NCBI GenBank assembly: GCA_029227815.1
Contig: CP118523.1
Span: 4,395,500-4,459,499 of the forward strand
Direction: 5' to 3'
Length of the DNA stretch: 64,000 nt
DNA from: Clostridiaceae bacterium M8S5
GTDB taxonomy: Bacteria; Bacillota; Clostridia; Tissierellales; MCWD3
Both the position numbers and the translations under genes were made by a program. Under the pieces are notes generated by a model. The model was not told the origin of the DNA. It did no database searches and worked only from the letters and a program-made list of their open reading frames with translations. Below, one piece after another: positions 1-10,563 of the stretch; position 1 is the stretch's first letter; each line of letters opens with the position of its first letter.

Positions 1-862
1 TTGATTCCTGATACTCAGTATCAAATCCTACTTTCTCTATTAACTTTGCTTTTTCTTTTGTTACTACTGTTATAAATGGTTTAGGCACTGTTAAACTCAA
101 CTCATCATTAATTTGCAAATAACCATTTACATATTGTGGATTAGCTTTTTCTAAATCCTTAATTGATATATCATAATCTTTTGATATACTCCATAAGCTA
201 TCCCCTTTTTGAACCACATGTGTCTTTTCCTGGGTTGTTCCTTTTTTTATGTAATTTAGCAAATCATCATAATCCATTAATTTGGATAGTGACTGTTCTA
301 CTTCTACTATCTCTGTTTTTTCTAAGAAATCTATTTTTTCTAATTCCCCATCTTGCTCTTTTATTCTATCTATATATGGTTGTTTTATTTCACCCAGTAG
401 TCTATTTGCAACTTCTTTTGTTTTAACATGTCCTACTACTTTTCCATTTATCTTTATTGCATATGCTTTAACGTTAAACGACAATACATCTAAAATCTCT
501 TTTTTAAGCTGCGCTGTTGTTGTTATCTCTTCGTCTTCAACATGAATATCTTCAAATCTCAGCTTTTGATTTATTACTATATCACAATTATAATCTGTCT
601 TTATGATTTTCTTTATATCTTTAACTAGCTTTTGCGCTGAATTCTGGTCTCTAACTTTACCTATTTCTTTATCTCCAAAGTATACACTAAAAGCTCTTGT
701 CTCAATTTCACGCCTTACTCTGTATTCATGTCTGTCATTTATAACTCTTATCGTCGTTCCGCACATTATTCCTATTAGTAGAAAAATAGAAAGCCTTAAG
801 CATGTCTTACCATTGGCTAGCTTCTTTAGTCTATCAATTATATCTGAATATTTAATATTCAT
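1..862 (-). CDS. LysM domain-containing protein, 3' part truncated by window start. The N-terminus has a hydrophobic segment and the C-terminal part carries a LysM motif (VQKGDSLWSISKDYDISIKDLEKAN).
   Basis: Manual reverse-strand translation from the ATG at 860-862 (rc), preceded by a GGAGAGAT Shine-Dalgarno. The open frame runs to position 1. The +strand ORFs 163-866 are low-complexity shadows. Confidence 0.6.
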   Translation of the reverse strand, partial: MNIKYSDIIDRLKKLANGKTCLRLSIFLLIGIMCGTTIRVINDRHEYRVRREIETRAFSVYFGDKEIGKVRDQNSAQKLVKDIKKIIKTDYNCDIVINQKLRFEDIHVEDEEITTTAQLKKEILDVLSFNVKAYAIKINGKVVGHVKTKEVANRLLGEIKQPYIDRIKEQDGELEKIDFLEKTEIVEVEQSLSKLMDYDDLLNYIKKGTTQEKTHVVQKGDSLWSISKDYDISIKDLEKANPQYVNGYLQINDELSLTVPKPFITVVTKEKAKLIEKVGFDTEYQES

Positions 863-1299
863 ATAATCTCTCCTATATTTTATCTTTGTATCTTAATTTT
901 TTTTGTAATAAATACGTAATGATTTTGTAACATAATGACCCTAAGTTTTATTATACCATAGTTAATATATATTTCAACTATGTAAACTATTTATTTTCTA
1001 GCTTTATTTATTATTTTCAATTTTCGTTAATTTAATACCTCCTTTTTTACTAAATTATTTTATTATTTAAATTTTATATATATTTTTCTTGTTTATTCCT
1101 ATATATCCAAAACTTAAATATTTCGATTAATAAGCTTATAATAACAGTTTTAAGCACTCCCCTAGAATAGTGAATTAATTGATTTAGAAGGATTTAAAAG
1201 AGTTTTTCTTTTTCTACGAATATTTTAGGATTAATACATATTCATATTTACGTATATGTTATAATATATTAAAGATAGTTATATGGAAGGTGGATTTAA

Positions 1300-2418
1300 T
1301 TGAATTTCTTTTTAGGTACAACTGAAATTGATTTAGGAAATACAACATTTGAGAATATTTTTATTGATGATTTTATGCCTATGGCTAATGGTACAGCTGT
1401 AAAGGTTTATTTGCTTGGGTATAAATTTGCGCACAGCAAAGAAAATAAGTCTATCTCTAATCAAACTATTGCAAAACATCTGAGAACTAGTTTAGATGAT
1501 GTTTTGAAAGCATGGGATTTTTGGGAAGAAAAAGGGATTATCAAAAAACATTTTACAAATGTAGAAAATGATAATGATTACAGTGTTGAATTTATAAATT
1601 TGAAGCAACTCTATATAGATAAGATAATCAAGCCAGCTCAAACCGAAACTAGTAAAAAGAACTACACTTGTACTCCTACTGATATTGTAGAGCTTAATAG
1701 CTCTCCTGCAATAAATAACATGTTTAATAATATATCAGGCATTATTGGGAGGACTCTAGTTCCAAATGAATATAAAAAAGTTCTTGAATGGCTTTATAAT
1801 TACAATATGAGCACTGATGTTATTATTAGAGCTTTTGAATTTGCTAAAGAAAAGAGGAGCATTAAAAACATAAATTATGTACAAGGTATACTAAAAAATT
1901 GGTTTGATAATGGTCTAACTAATATAGACAACTTGAATGTACATATGGAGTATAATTACTCTAGGTACAATCTATTCAATCTAATTAAGCAAGCTATCGG
2001 ATATAAAGGTAGTTTTTCTACGTCTATTAAAGATATTATAAATAAATGGGTTGATGAGTGGAACTTTAGCAATGAAGTAATACTGCTTGCATGTGAGGAA
2101 ACCCTCAAAATATCACAACCTAATTTTAAATATCTTGATGGAATTTTATCTAGATGGTATAAAAGTAATCTAAAAACTACTGAAGCTGTTAAAGAAAACA
2201 AGAAACAATTTTCTGCTAACCAACAGTCTAAAACTTATAGTCGTTCAAATAATAAAAATAGCAAAGAACAGTTTCAAACTAAGTTCCATAATTTTAAACA
2301 CACTACCACAAAATATACTGACCATGAATTAGAAGAAAAGTTAAATAAAAACCTTCAAAAAAAATTAAAAAATAAAGGTTTAAACAACTTATACAATAAA
2401 AAATCTGAGAATGTATAA
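1300..2418 (+). CDS. DnaD-domain (DnaB/DnaD family) replication initiation / membrane attachment protein
   Basis: TTG start with an AAGGTGG RBS. The C-terminal region has the DDBH2-type YxxxIxxxW motif (YVQGILKNWFDNG). It is followed directly by a DnaI-like loader, as in the Bacillus dnaB-dnaI arrangement. Confidence 0.6.
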   Translation: MNFFLGTTEIDLGNTTFENIFIDDFMPMANGTAVKVYLLGYKFAHSKENKSISNQTIAKHLRTSLDDVLKAWDFWEEKGIIKKHFTNVENDNDYSVEFINLKQLYIDKIIKPAQTETSKKNYTCTPTDIVELNSSPAINNMFNNISGIIGRTLVPNEYKKVLEWLYNYNMSTDVIIRAFEFAKEKRSIKNINYVQGILKNWFDNGLTNIDNLNVHMEYNYSRYNLFNLIKQAIGYKGSFSTSIKDIINKWVDEWNFSNEVILLACEETLKISQPNFKYLDGILSRWYKSNLKTTEAVKENKKQFSANQQSKTYSRSNNKNSKEQFQTKFHNFKHTTTKYTDHELEEKLNKNLQKKLKNKGLNNLYNKKSENV

Positions 2419-2431
2419 GGGAGGAAATACC

Positions 2432-3418
2432 ATGAACGATAGTGTTATTAGAGAAATACTAAAAAATTACGAATCTAAGTTAGATCAAAAAAAACGTGAG
2501 CAAACTATACGAGTAAGAGAAATCTACAACTTAATTCCTCGTATTGAAGAAATAGATAAAAAAATTGCATCTTTAGGCGTAGCAACTTCAAAGGAGATAT
2601 TAAAGAACTCTGGTTGTATAGAGAATAAGATAGAGCAATTACAACACCAAATACAATCTCTTAAGCAAGAAAAAGCTATACTAATGACCGAAAACAATAT
2701 CCCTATAAATTATACAGATATTGCATATGATTGTGTAAGGTGTAAGGATACTGGATATCTTGAGAATGGTAAAAAATGCAATTGTTTTAAGCAAGCATTA
2801 ATAAGAACTGCTTACAAGATGTCTAATTTAGAGAGAATGCTTGCTAAAGAAAATTTTCAAACCTTTAATATAAATCTGTTCTCTGATGAGTCTTATGAAA
2901 ATGAACAGCGTACTCCAAAAGAGAATATGAAATTTATAGCTAATGTATGCGAAGGTTTTGTTATTAATTTTGATAAGGATAATGAAGAAAATTTACTATT
3001 TTATGGTACTACTGGTTTAGGAAAAACATTCATGTGCAACTGCATTGCTAAAAACTTACTTGATAAGGGGAAAATTGTACTGTATCAAACTGCTTTTAAT
3101 ATATTAGATATTATTAGAACCTATAAATTTAAGGACATAGCAAAAGATACTTCTTACCAACTAGCATACAATCTATTGTTTAGTTCTGATTTGCTAATAA
3201 TTGACGACCTTGGTACTGAACTAACCACTGCTTTTACAAATACTGAGATGTTTAACATCATAAATTCTAGACTTGTAAATGGTAAGAAAACTATAATCTC
3301 TACAAATCATCATCCTAGAGAACTATCGCAAATGTATTCCGACAGGTTTTTTTCTAGAATATTTGGTAAGTTTATAGAACTAAAGTTTTATGGTAATGAT
3401 TTAAGATGGGAAGAATAG
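2432..3418 (+). CDS. dnaI: Primosomal helicase loader, DnaC/DnaI family AAA+ ATPase
   Basis: Walker A GTTGLGKT, Walker B LLIIDDLG, and an N-terminal Cys-rich zinc motif (CVRCKDTGY..KCNC). A GGGAGG RBS lies 7 nt before the ATG at 2432; the ORF track start at 2411 is probably too early. Confidence 0.75.
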   Translation: MNDSVIREILKNYESKLDQKKREQTIRVREIYNLIPRIEEIDKKIASLGVATSKEILKNSGCIENKIEQLQHQIQSLKQEKAILMTENNIPINYTDIAYDCVRCKDTGYLENGKKCNCFKQALIRTAYKMSNLERMLAKENFQTFNINLFSDESYENEQRTPKENMKFIANVCEGFVINFDKDNEENLLFYGTTGLGKTFMCNCIAKNLLDKGKIVLYQTAFNILDIIRTYKFKDIAKDTSYQLAYNLLFSSDLLIIDDLGTELTTAFTNTEMFNIINSRLVNGKKTIISTNHHPRELSQMYSDRFFSRIFGKFIELKFYGNDLRWEE

Positions 3419-3432
3419 AATAATAATAAATA

Positions 3433-3460
3433 AAAAAATCAGCGTTAACGCTGATTTTTT
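3433..3460. terminator. Bidirectional rho-independent terminator hairpin (AAAAATCAGCGTTAACGCTGATTTTT) between convergent dnaI and the tRNA cluster
   Basis: Perfect 10-bp stem with a TTAA loop, flanked by an A-run and a T-run. Confidence 0.8.
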
Positions 3461-3461
3461 A

Positions 3462-3539
3462 TGGTGGGCACAACAGGGCTCGAACCTATGACCCCCTGCT
3501 TGTAAGGCAGGTGCTCTCCCAACTGAGCTATGCGCCCAC
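3462..3539 (-). tRNA. tRNA-Val (anticodon TAC)
   Basis: The reverse complement gives GGGCGCATAGCTCAGTTGGGAGAGC...CCTTACAAGCAGG...GGTTCGAGCCC...CCACCA. Anticodon loop is CTTACAA, and CCA is encoded. Confidence 0.9.
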
Positions 3540-3544
3540 AAATA

Positions 3545-3619
3545 TGGTGACCCTACCGGGACTCGAACCCGGGTTACCGCCGTGAAAGGGCGGTGTCTTA
3601 ACCGCTTGACCATAGGGCC
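3545..3619 (-). tRNA. tRNA-Glu (anticodon TTC)
   Basis: The reverse complement gives GGCCCTATGGTCAAGCGGTTAAGACACCGCCCTTTCACGGCGGTAACCCGGGTTCGAGTCCCGGTAGGGTCACCA. Anticodon loop is CTTTCAC. Confidence 0.9.
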
Positions 3620-3625
3620 TAAAAA

Positions 3626-3701
3626 TGGTGACCCATCGGCGACTCGAACGCCGGACACCCTGATTAAAAGTCAGATGCTCTACCAACTGAGCTAATGGGT
3701 C
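3626..3701 (-). tRNA. tRNA-Lys (anticodon TTT)
   Basis: The reverse complement gives GACCCATTAGCTCAGTTGGTAGAGCATCTGACTTTTAATCAG..GTTCGAGTC..GGGTCACCA. Anticodon loop is CTTTTAA. Confidence 0.9.
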
Positions 3702-3832
3702 TTACAGACTACTCTTAGTATTTTACATGATAGAAGAATGTATGTCAACAGTTTTTTCTACTTTTTTTTAAAATCTTATCGTATATCAACAAATACTGTT
3801 TAAATAGGTAATTTAACGTAATTTTTTTATGC

Positions 3833-5596
3833 TTATTCCTCTTTATAACTATCTAACAATTCTTTTAACATACTGTCATTATCTGTTATTATATTGTCTA
3901 CTCCAAGCTCTATCATGTTTTCCATACTAGTTTCTGTATTTATAGTCCATACATGCACTTCTCTTCCTATGGAATGAGCCGTACTTACAAAACCTTCATT
4001 AACATTTGTTTCCTCTATACTATAAAAATCTACTTTTAATTTTTCAAGCTCCCCTACCGCAAAATACATTATATATCCTGTTTTAATTAAATGCTCTTGT
4101 CGTTTTATTTCTAATAACGCATTATAATCTAAAGATGTAACTACACAAGATTTTATAAAGTTCTTTTCTTTAATAATTTTTGTAACTTTTTTTATTAAAA
4201 CCTTGTCACTTTTGTTTGTTTTTAACTCTATATTTAACTTTATCTTTCCTTTAGCATAATCAATAACTTCCTGTAGTGTTGGGACTTTTTCTCCTTTAAA
4301 TTTTGAATCAAACAGTATTCCTGTATCTAACTGTTTTATCTCCTCTAGAGTCATTTGTGATGGCATTTCGTCAGTTCCAACTGTTCTCTTAAACGTATTA
4401 TCATGCAACAATATAACCTGCCCATCTTTTGTTTCTTGAACATCTATTTCTGCATAGGTTGCACCATTTTTTATTGCTACCTTTAATGCTGATATTGTAT
4501 TTTCTGGAGCTAGCTTTGAGCTACCTCTATGAGCTGTTATATCTATATCATATTTAGCATTATCTAATCCATCTAAAATCATAAAAGAATAAACTGATAA
4601 AGCCGTTACACATATAACAAATACAAGTACTATTACCTTTTTATTTGTTATAACTTTATCTATAATATTATCTTTATCACGTATTTTTATATCTAATATT
4701 ACATCATGGCCTTGTAGATGAAAATACAGTTTTGTTAGCTTCAGTATTTCTATTGGTATTAAAAAAAACAATGCTCCAAATATGAATACTCCACCTATAC
4801 AAAGAAGCAATATAAACACTATTTCGTAATATTGTCCACTAATAGGTAGCAATATTAATGTTGATATTAATGCATATATCAAAATACTTGCTCCCACTGT
4901 AATAATATTTAAAAGTCCTGTCCCAAGGGTATATTTTAGTATATACCTAAGATTACCTTTGACTAGTCTAGCACTTTCTTTTAGTGAGTTTTTGACTTTC
5001 TTTTTTAACATTATAATATGCAGTGAAAACATCCATCTGATAGATAAAATAACTATTACTATTGTGACTACTACCAAATATGCTATATATGAAGTCTTCG
5101 ATTGTATTACATCCATTATAAATCCAGGTACTTTAATATTTACTACACTTGTAGTTATTATATTTCCATACAATGGACCAATTAAAAATAGATAAAACGT
5201 TATAAGTATACCATTTATTCCTATTAAATATTTACTTTTACTTAGGCTGTATTTAATTACTTGGAAATAACTATATTCTTGTTTCTCTCTCAGTATTGCT
5301 TGATAACTAAGAACAATAAGTCCTCCTAACTCTATTAAAACAACTATTATAGCAAATATAACTCCTAGTAGTATGAATATAATTCCCTGTGGTGATAATA
5401 CGAACTTTTTTATTAAACCGTTAGTTATGTATGAAAGACCTGCACTCTTCATAAGTGTATTTGATATCCAGCCAAATAACGGTAGTAGTATTATTGCTAT
5501 TAATATTTTAGTAGCTATCTGGTATTTCAAGAATTTAGTTATGTTATCCTTAAATATTCTTACTAAACTTCTGTATTCATTCCATATCTCCTTCAT
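3833..5596 (-). CDS. Membrane-anchored glycerophosphodiester phosphodiesterase: a multi-TM N-terminal domain plus a C-terminal GP-PDE domain
   Basis: The C-terminal domain has HRG..APENT, an E.D motif and the signatures LHDNTFKRT / VHVWTIN typical of GDPD. The N-terminal ~330 aa are strongly hydrophobic. Confidence 0.7.
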   Translation of the reverse strand: MKEIWNEYRSLVRIFKDNITKFLKYQIATKILIAIILLPLFGWISNTLMKSAGLSYITNGLIKKFVLSPQGIIFILLGVIFAIIVVLIELGGLIVLSYQAILREKQEYSYFQVIKYSLSKSKYLIGINGILITFYLFLIGPLYGNIITTSVVNIKVPGFIMDVIQSKTSYIAYLVVVTIVIVILSIRWMFSLHIIMLKKKVKNSLKESARLVKGNLRYILKYTLGTGLLNIITVGASILIYALISTLILLPISGQYYEIVFILLLCIGGVFIFGALFFLIPIEILKLTKLYFHLQGHDVILDIKIRDKDNIIDKVITNKKVIVLVFVICVTALSVYSFMILDGLDNAKYDIDITAHRGSSKLAPENTISALKVAIKNGATYAEIDVQETKDGQVILLHDNTFKRTVGTDEMPSQMTLEEIKQLDTGILFDSKFKGEKVPTLQEVIDYAKGKIKLNIELKTNKSDKVLIKKVTKIIKEKNFIKSCVVTSLDYNALLEIKRQEHLIKTGYIMYFAVGELEKLKVDFYSIEETNVNEGFVSTAHSIGREVHVWTINTETSMENMIELGVDNIITDNDSMLKELLDSYKEE

Positions 5597-5690
5597 AGTG
5601 TGACCTCCCCAAGTGACATTTATAGATCTTTATTATCCTAATATTATTAAAGGACTGCTTATAATTCAAACAGCCCCTTGCATCACTTTT

Positions 5691-7004
<1,314 letters not shown>

Positions 7005-7182
7005 TTATCCATATAGTGCAGTTTTATACAAAAGTGAATATTAATTTATGTAAATTTTGCTTTTACTCTATTATTCCTTCTAAATAATATCAAAATATTA
7101 CTCCAAAGTCAATCAAACACGAATTTTATTTTGTTTGACTCCATAAATGTTCGTGTAAACTTTTTTGCTTTATTCTATTATG

Positions 7183-7316
7183 TTATCCACAGTTTTAATT
7201 TTTAATTCCCACACTATATCACCCCGTCAATTTGTGTAATTTTCAACATTTGTAAATTCTATGTTGAAATTGTTTATTTTTTTATCCACAAGTTATCCAC
7301 TGTTTTTGTGGATAAG
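7183..7316. promoter_or_regulatory. Cluster of four DnaA boxes: TTATCCACA at 7183-7191 and 7282-7290, TTATCCACT at 7293-7301, and TGTGGATAA (reverse complement of TTATCCACA) at 7308-7316, in the purA upstream region
   Basis: Direct match to the canonical DnaA 9-mer TTATCCACA: three perfect boxes and one 1-mismatch box within 135 bp. Confidence 0.6.
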
Positions 7317-7387
7317 ATACATGTGCAAATTACTCAAAATTATAGAGGACGTCAATGACATCCCCTTATTTTTTCATTTCTAGTATT

Positions 7388-8584
7388 TTATTTAATAGCA
7401 TTGACAAATTCTTTTCCAAAGTCTCTACATTTATCAATGGTATCTTCGTCTGGTAAAAATATTGCTTTTAAACCTGGCAGCGCCACTTTTAGTTTATGAT
7501 TCTGTATATTGTCTTCTATTATTTTTATTGATTCTCCACTCCATCCATATGATCCAAATGCTGCTGCTTTTTTTCCTCTGTTTGTTATCGGGTTTAATAC
7601 TGCAAACAGTTTATATATAGGTAACAGTATATTTTGATTTATTGTTGGACATCCAATTATTATTGATGTACAGTTTTCAACTTTTTCTTCTAATTCAAAT
7701 ATATCTATGTCCTCCACATCACAAACTTCTACATTTATACCCTCATCTACTGCTTTAATTCCGTTTGCTATCTCATCAGCCATTTTTGCTGTATAACCAT
7801 AAGCTGATACATACGGTATAAAAATGTTCTTTGTCTGTTCTTTTCTTTTTATCCTACACAAACTTTTTGCCATCTGAATATATTTCTGTGGATTGGTTCT
7901 AAGTATTGGTCCATGACCTGGGCATATTATAGCTATTTCTAAGTCTTTAACTTTATCTATAGCACTTAGCATATAGTTACTAAATGGTTTCAATATAACA
8001 TCAAAGTAATATTTGAAAGCTTCATCAAAATTCCCTACTAAATCATCAAACATCCTTTCATCACAATAATGACAACCAAAAGAATCACATGAGAACAGTA
8101 TCTTATCTTCGACTAAATATGTATACATTGAATCAGGCCAATGCAAAAATGGAGCTGAAATAAACCTTAATGTTTTATTACCTAAGTCAAGCTCGTCTCC
8201 ATCTTTTACGACCATGTTCTTAAATTCGATATCTACTAAGTTTTTTAAGAAATTGATTGCTGCTTTAGAACCTACTACTGTCGCATTGGGTGCTAATCTA
8301 AGTAAATGCTTAAGATTCCCTGAATGATCTGGTTCTGTATGATTTAATATTATATATTCTATTTCATTTGGATCTACAACGCTTTTTAATTTGTTGATAT
8401 ATTCTTCCTTGTAAGTTTCCTTACTAGTTTCAACTATCGTTTTTTTATCTGCATCTATAAAATATGAATTATAAGTTGTTCCAAATTTAGTCTCCATCAC
8501 AACATCAAATGTAATTAATGTAGGATCTAATATTCCTATCCATTTAACATCTTTCACTATGTCAAAAACTTTACTGTTATCCAT
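7388..8584 (-). CDS. Flavo-diiron protein (type A flavoprotein; rubredoxin-oxygen / NO reductase family): an MBL-like diiron domain plus a flavodoxin domain
   Basis: Diiron-site HxExDH-like motif (NHTEPDHSGN), a C-terminal flavodoxin-like segment, and 398 aa. Confidence 0.75.
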   Translation of the reverse strand: MDNSKVFDIVKDVKWIGILDPTLITFDVVMETKFGTTYNSYFIDADKKTIVETSKETYKEEYINKLKSVVDPNEIEYIILNHTEPDHSGNLKHLLRLAPNATVVGSKAAINFLKNLVDIEFKNMVVKDGDELDLGNKTLRFISAPFLHWPDSMYTYLVEDKILFSCDSFGCHYCDERMFDDLVGNFDEAFKYYFDVILKPFSNYMLSAIDKVKDLEIAIICPGHGPILRTNPQKYIQMAKSLCRIKRKEQTKNIFIPYVSAYGYTAKMADEIANGIKAVDEGINVEVCDVEDIDIFELEEKVENCTSIIIGCPTINQNILLPIYKLFAVLNPITNRGKKAAAFGSYGWSGESIKIIEDNIQNHKLKVALPGLKAIFLPDEDTIDKCRDFGKEFVNAIK

Positions 8585-8750
8585 ATTATTTTCCTCCTAA
8601 CACACTTCCTGATATTAATGTTATACCCCAATTTCAAAACCTTTAATCAATTATTGTTAATTATTTATTTAAGTTTTATAATAATAAAAGAAGCATCCAT
8701 CAAACATTTAATGTTATGCTTCTTTTTATATCGCTCTATTTTTTGTTTAA

Positions 8751-10082
8751 TTATCTCTCTAAATTTAAGAATTTAGTATAATTACCCATAAACGCAAGTT
8801 CTATAGTCCCTGTTGGACCATTACGTTGCTTAACTATGATAACTTCACCTATATTTTTCTTTTCTGTATCCTTGTTATAGTACTCATCTCTATATAACAT
8901 CATAACTATATCAGCATCCTGCTCTATCGCTCCTGATTCTCTTAAGTCTGACATTATAGGTCTATGGTCAGCTCTAAGCTCTGGTGCTCTTGATAGCTGA
9001 GCTAGTGCTAGTACTGGGATATTTAGTTCTCTTGCCATACCTTTAAGTCCTCTAGATATTGCAGATATCTCTTGTTGTCTATTCTCTGAGCGACCATCTC
9101 CACTCATTAATTGGAGATAATCTATAACAACTAAATCTAATCCCTTTTCCATCTTTAGCTTTCTACACTTTGCTTTCATATCATTGAGTGTTACTGCTGG
9201 TGTATCATCTATATATATCTTAGCGCTACCGAGTGGTCCCATTGCCCTACCAAGCTTTGCCCACTCTTCATCATTCAAGTTACCTGTAATGATGTTTTGC
9301 AAATCAACATGCGACTCAGAACTTAGTATACGCTGTACTATTTGTGATACTGACATCTCTAGACTAAATATAGCTACTGATGCGCCATGTCTTAATGCAC
9401 AGTTTTGGGCAAGATTAACACCAAAAACCGATTTTCCCATCGACGGTCTTGCTGCTAGTAATATTAGGTCTGATCTCTGAAGTCCTGAAGTCTTTCTATC
9501 TAAATCTGTAAAACCAGTCGCAAGCCCTGTTATTCCTCCACCACTTTGTGATGCTTCCTCTATTCTATTCAACGTTTCCATTAGTGCTTTATTCATTTCT
9601 ACAAAACCTTGCGAACTTTTCCGTTGGGTTATTTCAAATATTCTTTTTTCTGCTTGATCTATTATATTATTCAGTTCTAGTTCATCTTTGTAACCTTCTG
9701 CTATTATTTCATTAGATGCCTTTATTAGTCTTCTAAGTATAGATTTTTCTTCTACTATTTTACAATACACATCTATATTCGCGGTAGTTGACACACCATC
9801 TGCTAGATTAGCTAGGTATGTAATACCTCCCACTGCTTCTAGCGTATCTTTCTTCGCCAATTCTTCTGATAATGTTACCAAATCAACTGGTTCATTTTTA
9901 TTATAAAGACTAGAAATAGATTCAAATATCTCTTTATTTGCTTCCTTGTAGAAATCTTCTCCACTTAGATGCTCTACTGCTGTCACCACTGCATCTTTAT
10001 CTAGTATCATTGCCCCTAGTACAGATTGCTCTGCCTCTAAGTTATTTGGTGGAATCCTTAGTATGTCTTTTGTTCCTTCCAT
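8751..10082 (-). CDS. dnaB: Replicative DNA helicase (DnaB family; named DnaC in Bacillus)
   Basis: N-terminal PPNNLEAEQSVLGAMIL, Walker A ARPSMGKS and an RecA-like fold. It sits immediately downstream of rplI, as in Firmicutes. Confidence 0.95.
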   Translation of the reverse strand: MEGTKDILRIPPNNLEAEQSVLGAMILDKDAVVTAVEHLSGEDFYKEANKEIFESISSLYNKNEPVDLVTLSEELAKKDTLEAVGGITYLANLADGVSTTANIDVYCKIVEEKSILRRLIKASNEIIAEGYKDELELNNIIDQAEKRIFEITQRKSSQGFVEMNKALMETLNRIEEASQSGGGITGLATGFTDLDRKTSGLQRSDLILLAARPSMGKSVFGVNLAQNCALRHGASVAIFSLEMSVSQIVQRILSSESHVDLQNIITGNLNDEEWAKLGRAMGPLGSAKIYIDDTPAVTLNDMKAKCRKLKMEKGLDLVVIDYLQLMSGDGRSENRQQEISAISRGLKGMARELNIPVLALAQLSRAPELRADHRPIMSDLRESGAIEQDADIVMMLYRDEYYNKDTEKKNIGEVIIVKQRNGPTGTIELAFMGNYTKFLNLER

Positions 10083-10116
10083 ATTATCATCTCCACTATC
10101 TGAAAATAAAATTTAT

Positions 10117-10563
10117 CTAGAGTTTGACAACATCTACTGTGAGTTTAGCTTTTACTTTTGGATGTAACTTAATCTCTACACTACTTGAACCTAGCGTCTT
10201 GATGTTATCTTTCATTATTATTTTCTTCTTGTCTATTTTTATCTTATGTTGCTCAAATAGTAAATCTGATATATCTTTAGTTGTTATTGAACCAAACAAT
10301 CTACCCTTATCTCCTGATTTACTTTTTATTGTAACTGTCAATTTAGACAGGTTATCTGCTAATTCTTTTGCTTGATTTAGAAGTTCTTCTTCTCTATGGT
10401 CTTTTGCTTTTTTTTGTTGATCTAATACCTTTATATTTCCTGCTGTTGCCTCTTTGGCTAAGTTTTTAGGGAATAAAAAGTTTCTTACATACCCATCTTT
10501 TGCCTTTACTACATCTCCTTTTTTACCTAATCCTTTGACGTCTTGTAAAAGTATTACCTTCAT
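10117..10563 (-). CDS. rplI: 50S ribosomal protein L9
   Basis: [32 protein letters not shown] signature; 148 aa. Confidence 0.95.
   Translation of the reverse strand: MKVILLQDVKGLGKKGDVVKAKDGYVRNFLFPKNLAKEATAGNIKVLDQQKKAKDHREEELLNQAKELADNLSKLTVTIKSKSGDKGRLFGSITTKDISDLLFEQHKIKIDKKKIIMKDNIKTLGSSSVEIKLHPKVKAKLTVDVVKL

Noticed and set aside
163-866. Three 87-aa plus-strand ORFs with low-complexity Leu/Phe/Ser-rich translations
   Set aside because: They are antisense shadows of the minus-strand LysM protein gene, which has a good RBS, a LysM motif and a long open frame.
3401-3658. 85-aa minus-strand ORF
   Set aside because: It overlaps the tRNA-Val and tRNA-Glu genes and the terminator, and reads through tRNA sequence.
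7183-7316. Considered whether the DnaA-box cluster is oriC itself
   Set aside because: dnaA and dnaN are not present. The parAB and rrn gene order puts the origin beyond the right end of the window, so this is more likely an auxiliary DnaA-box cluster.
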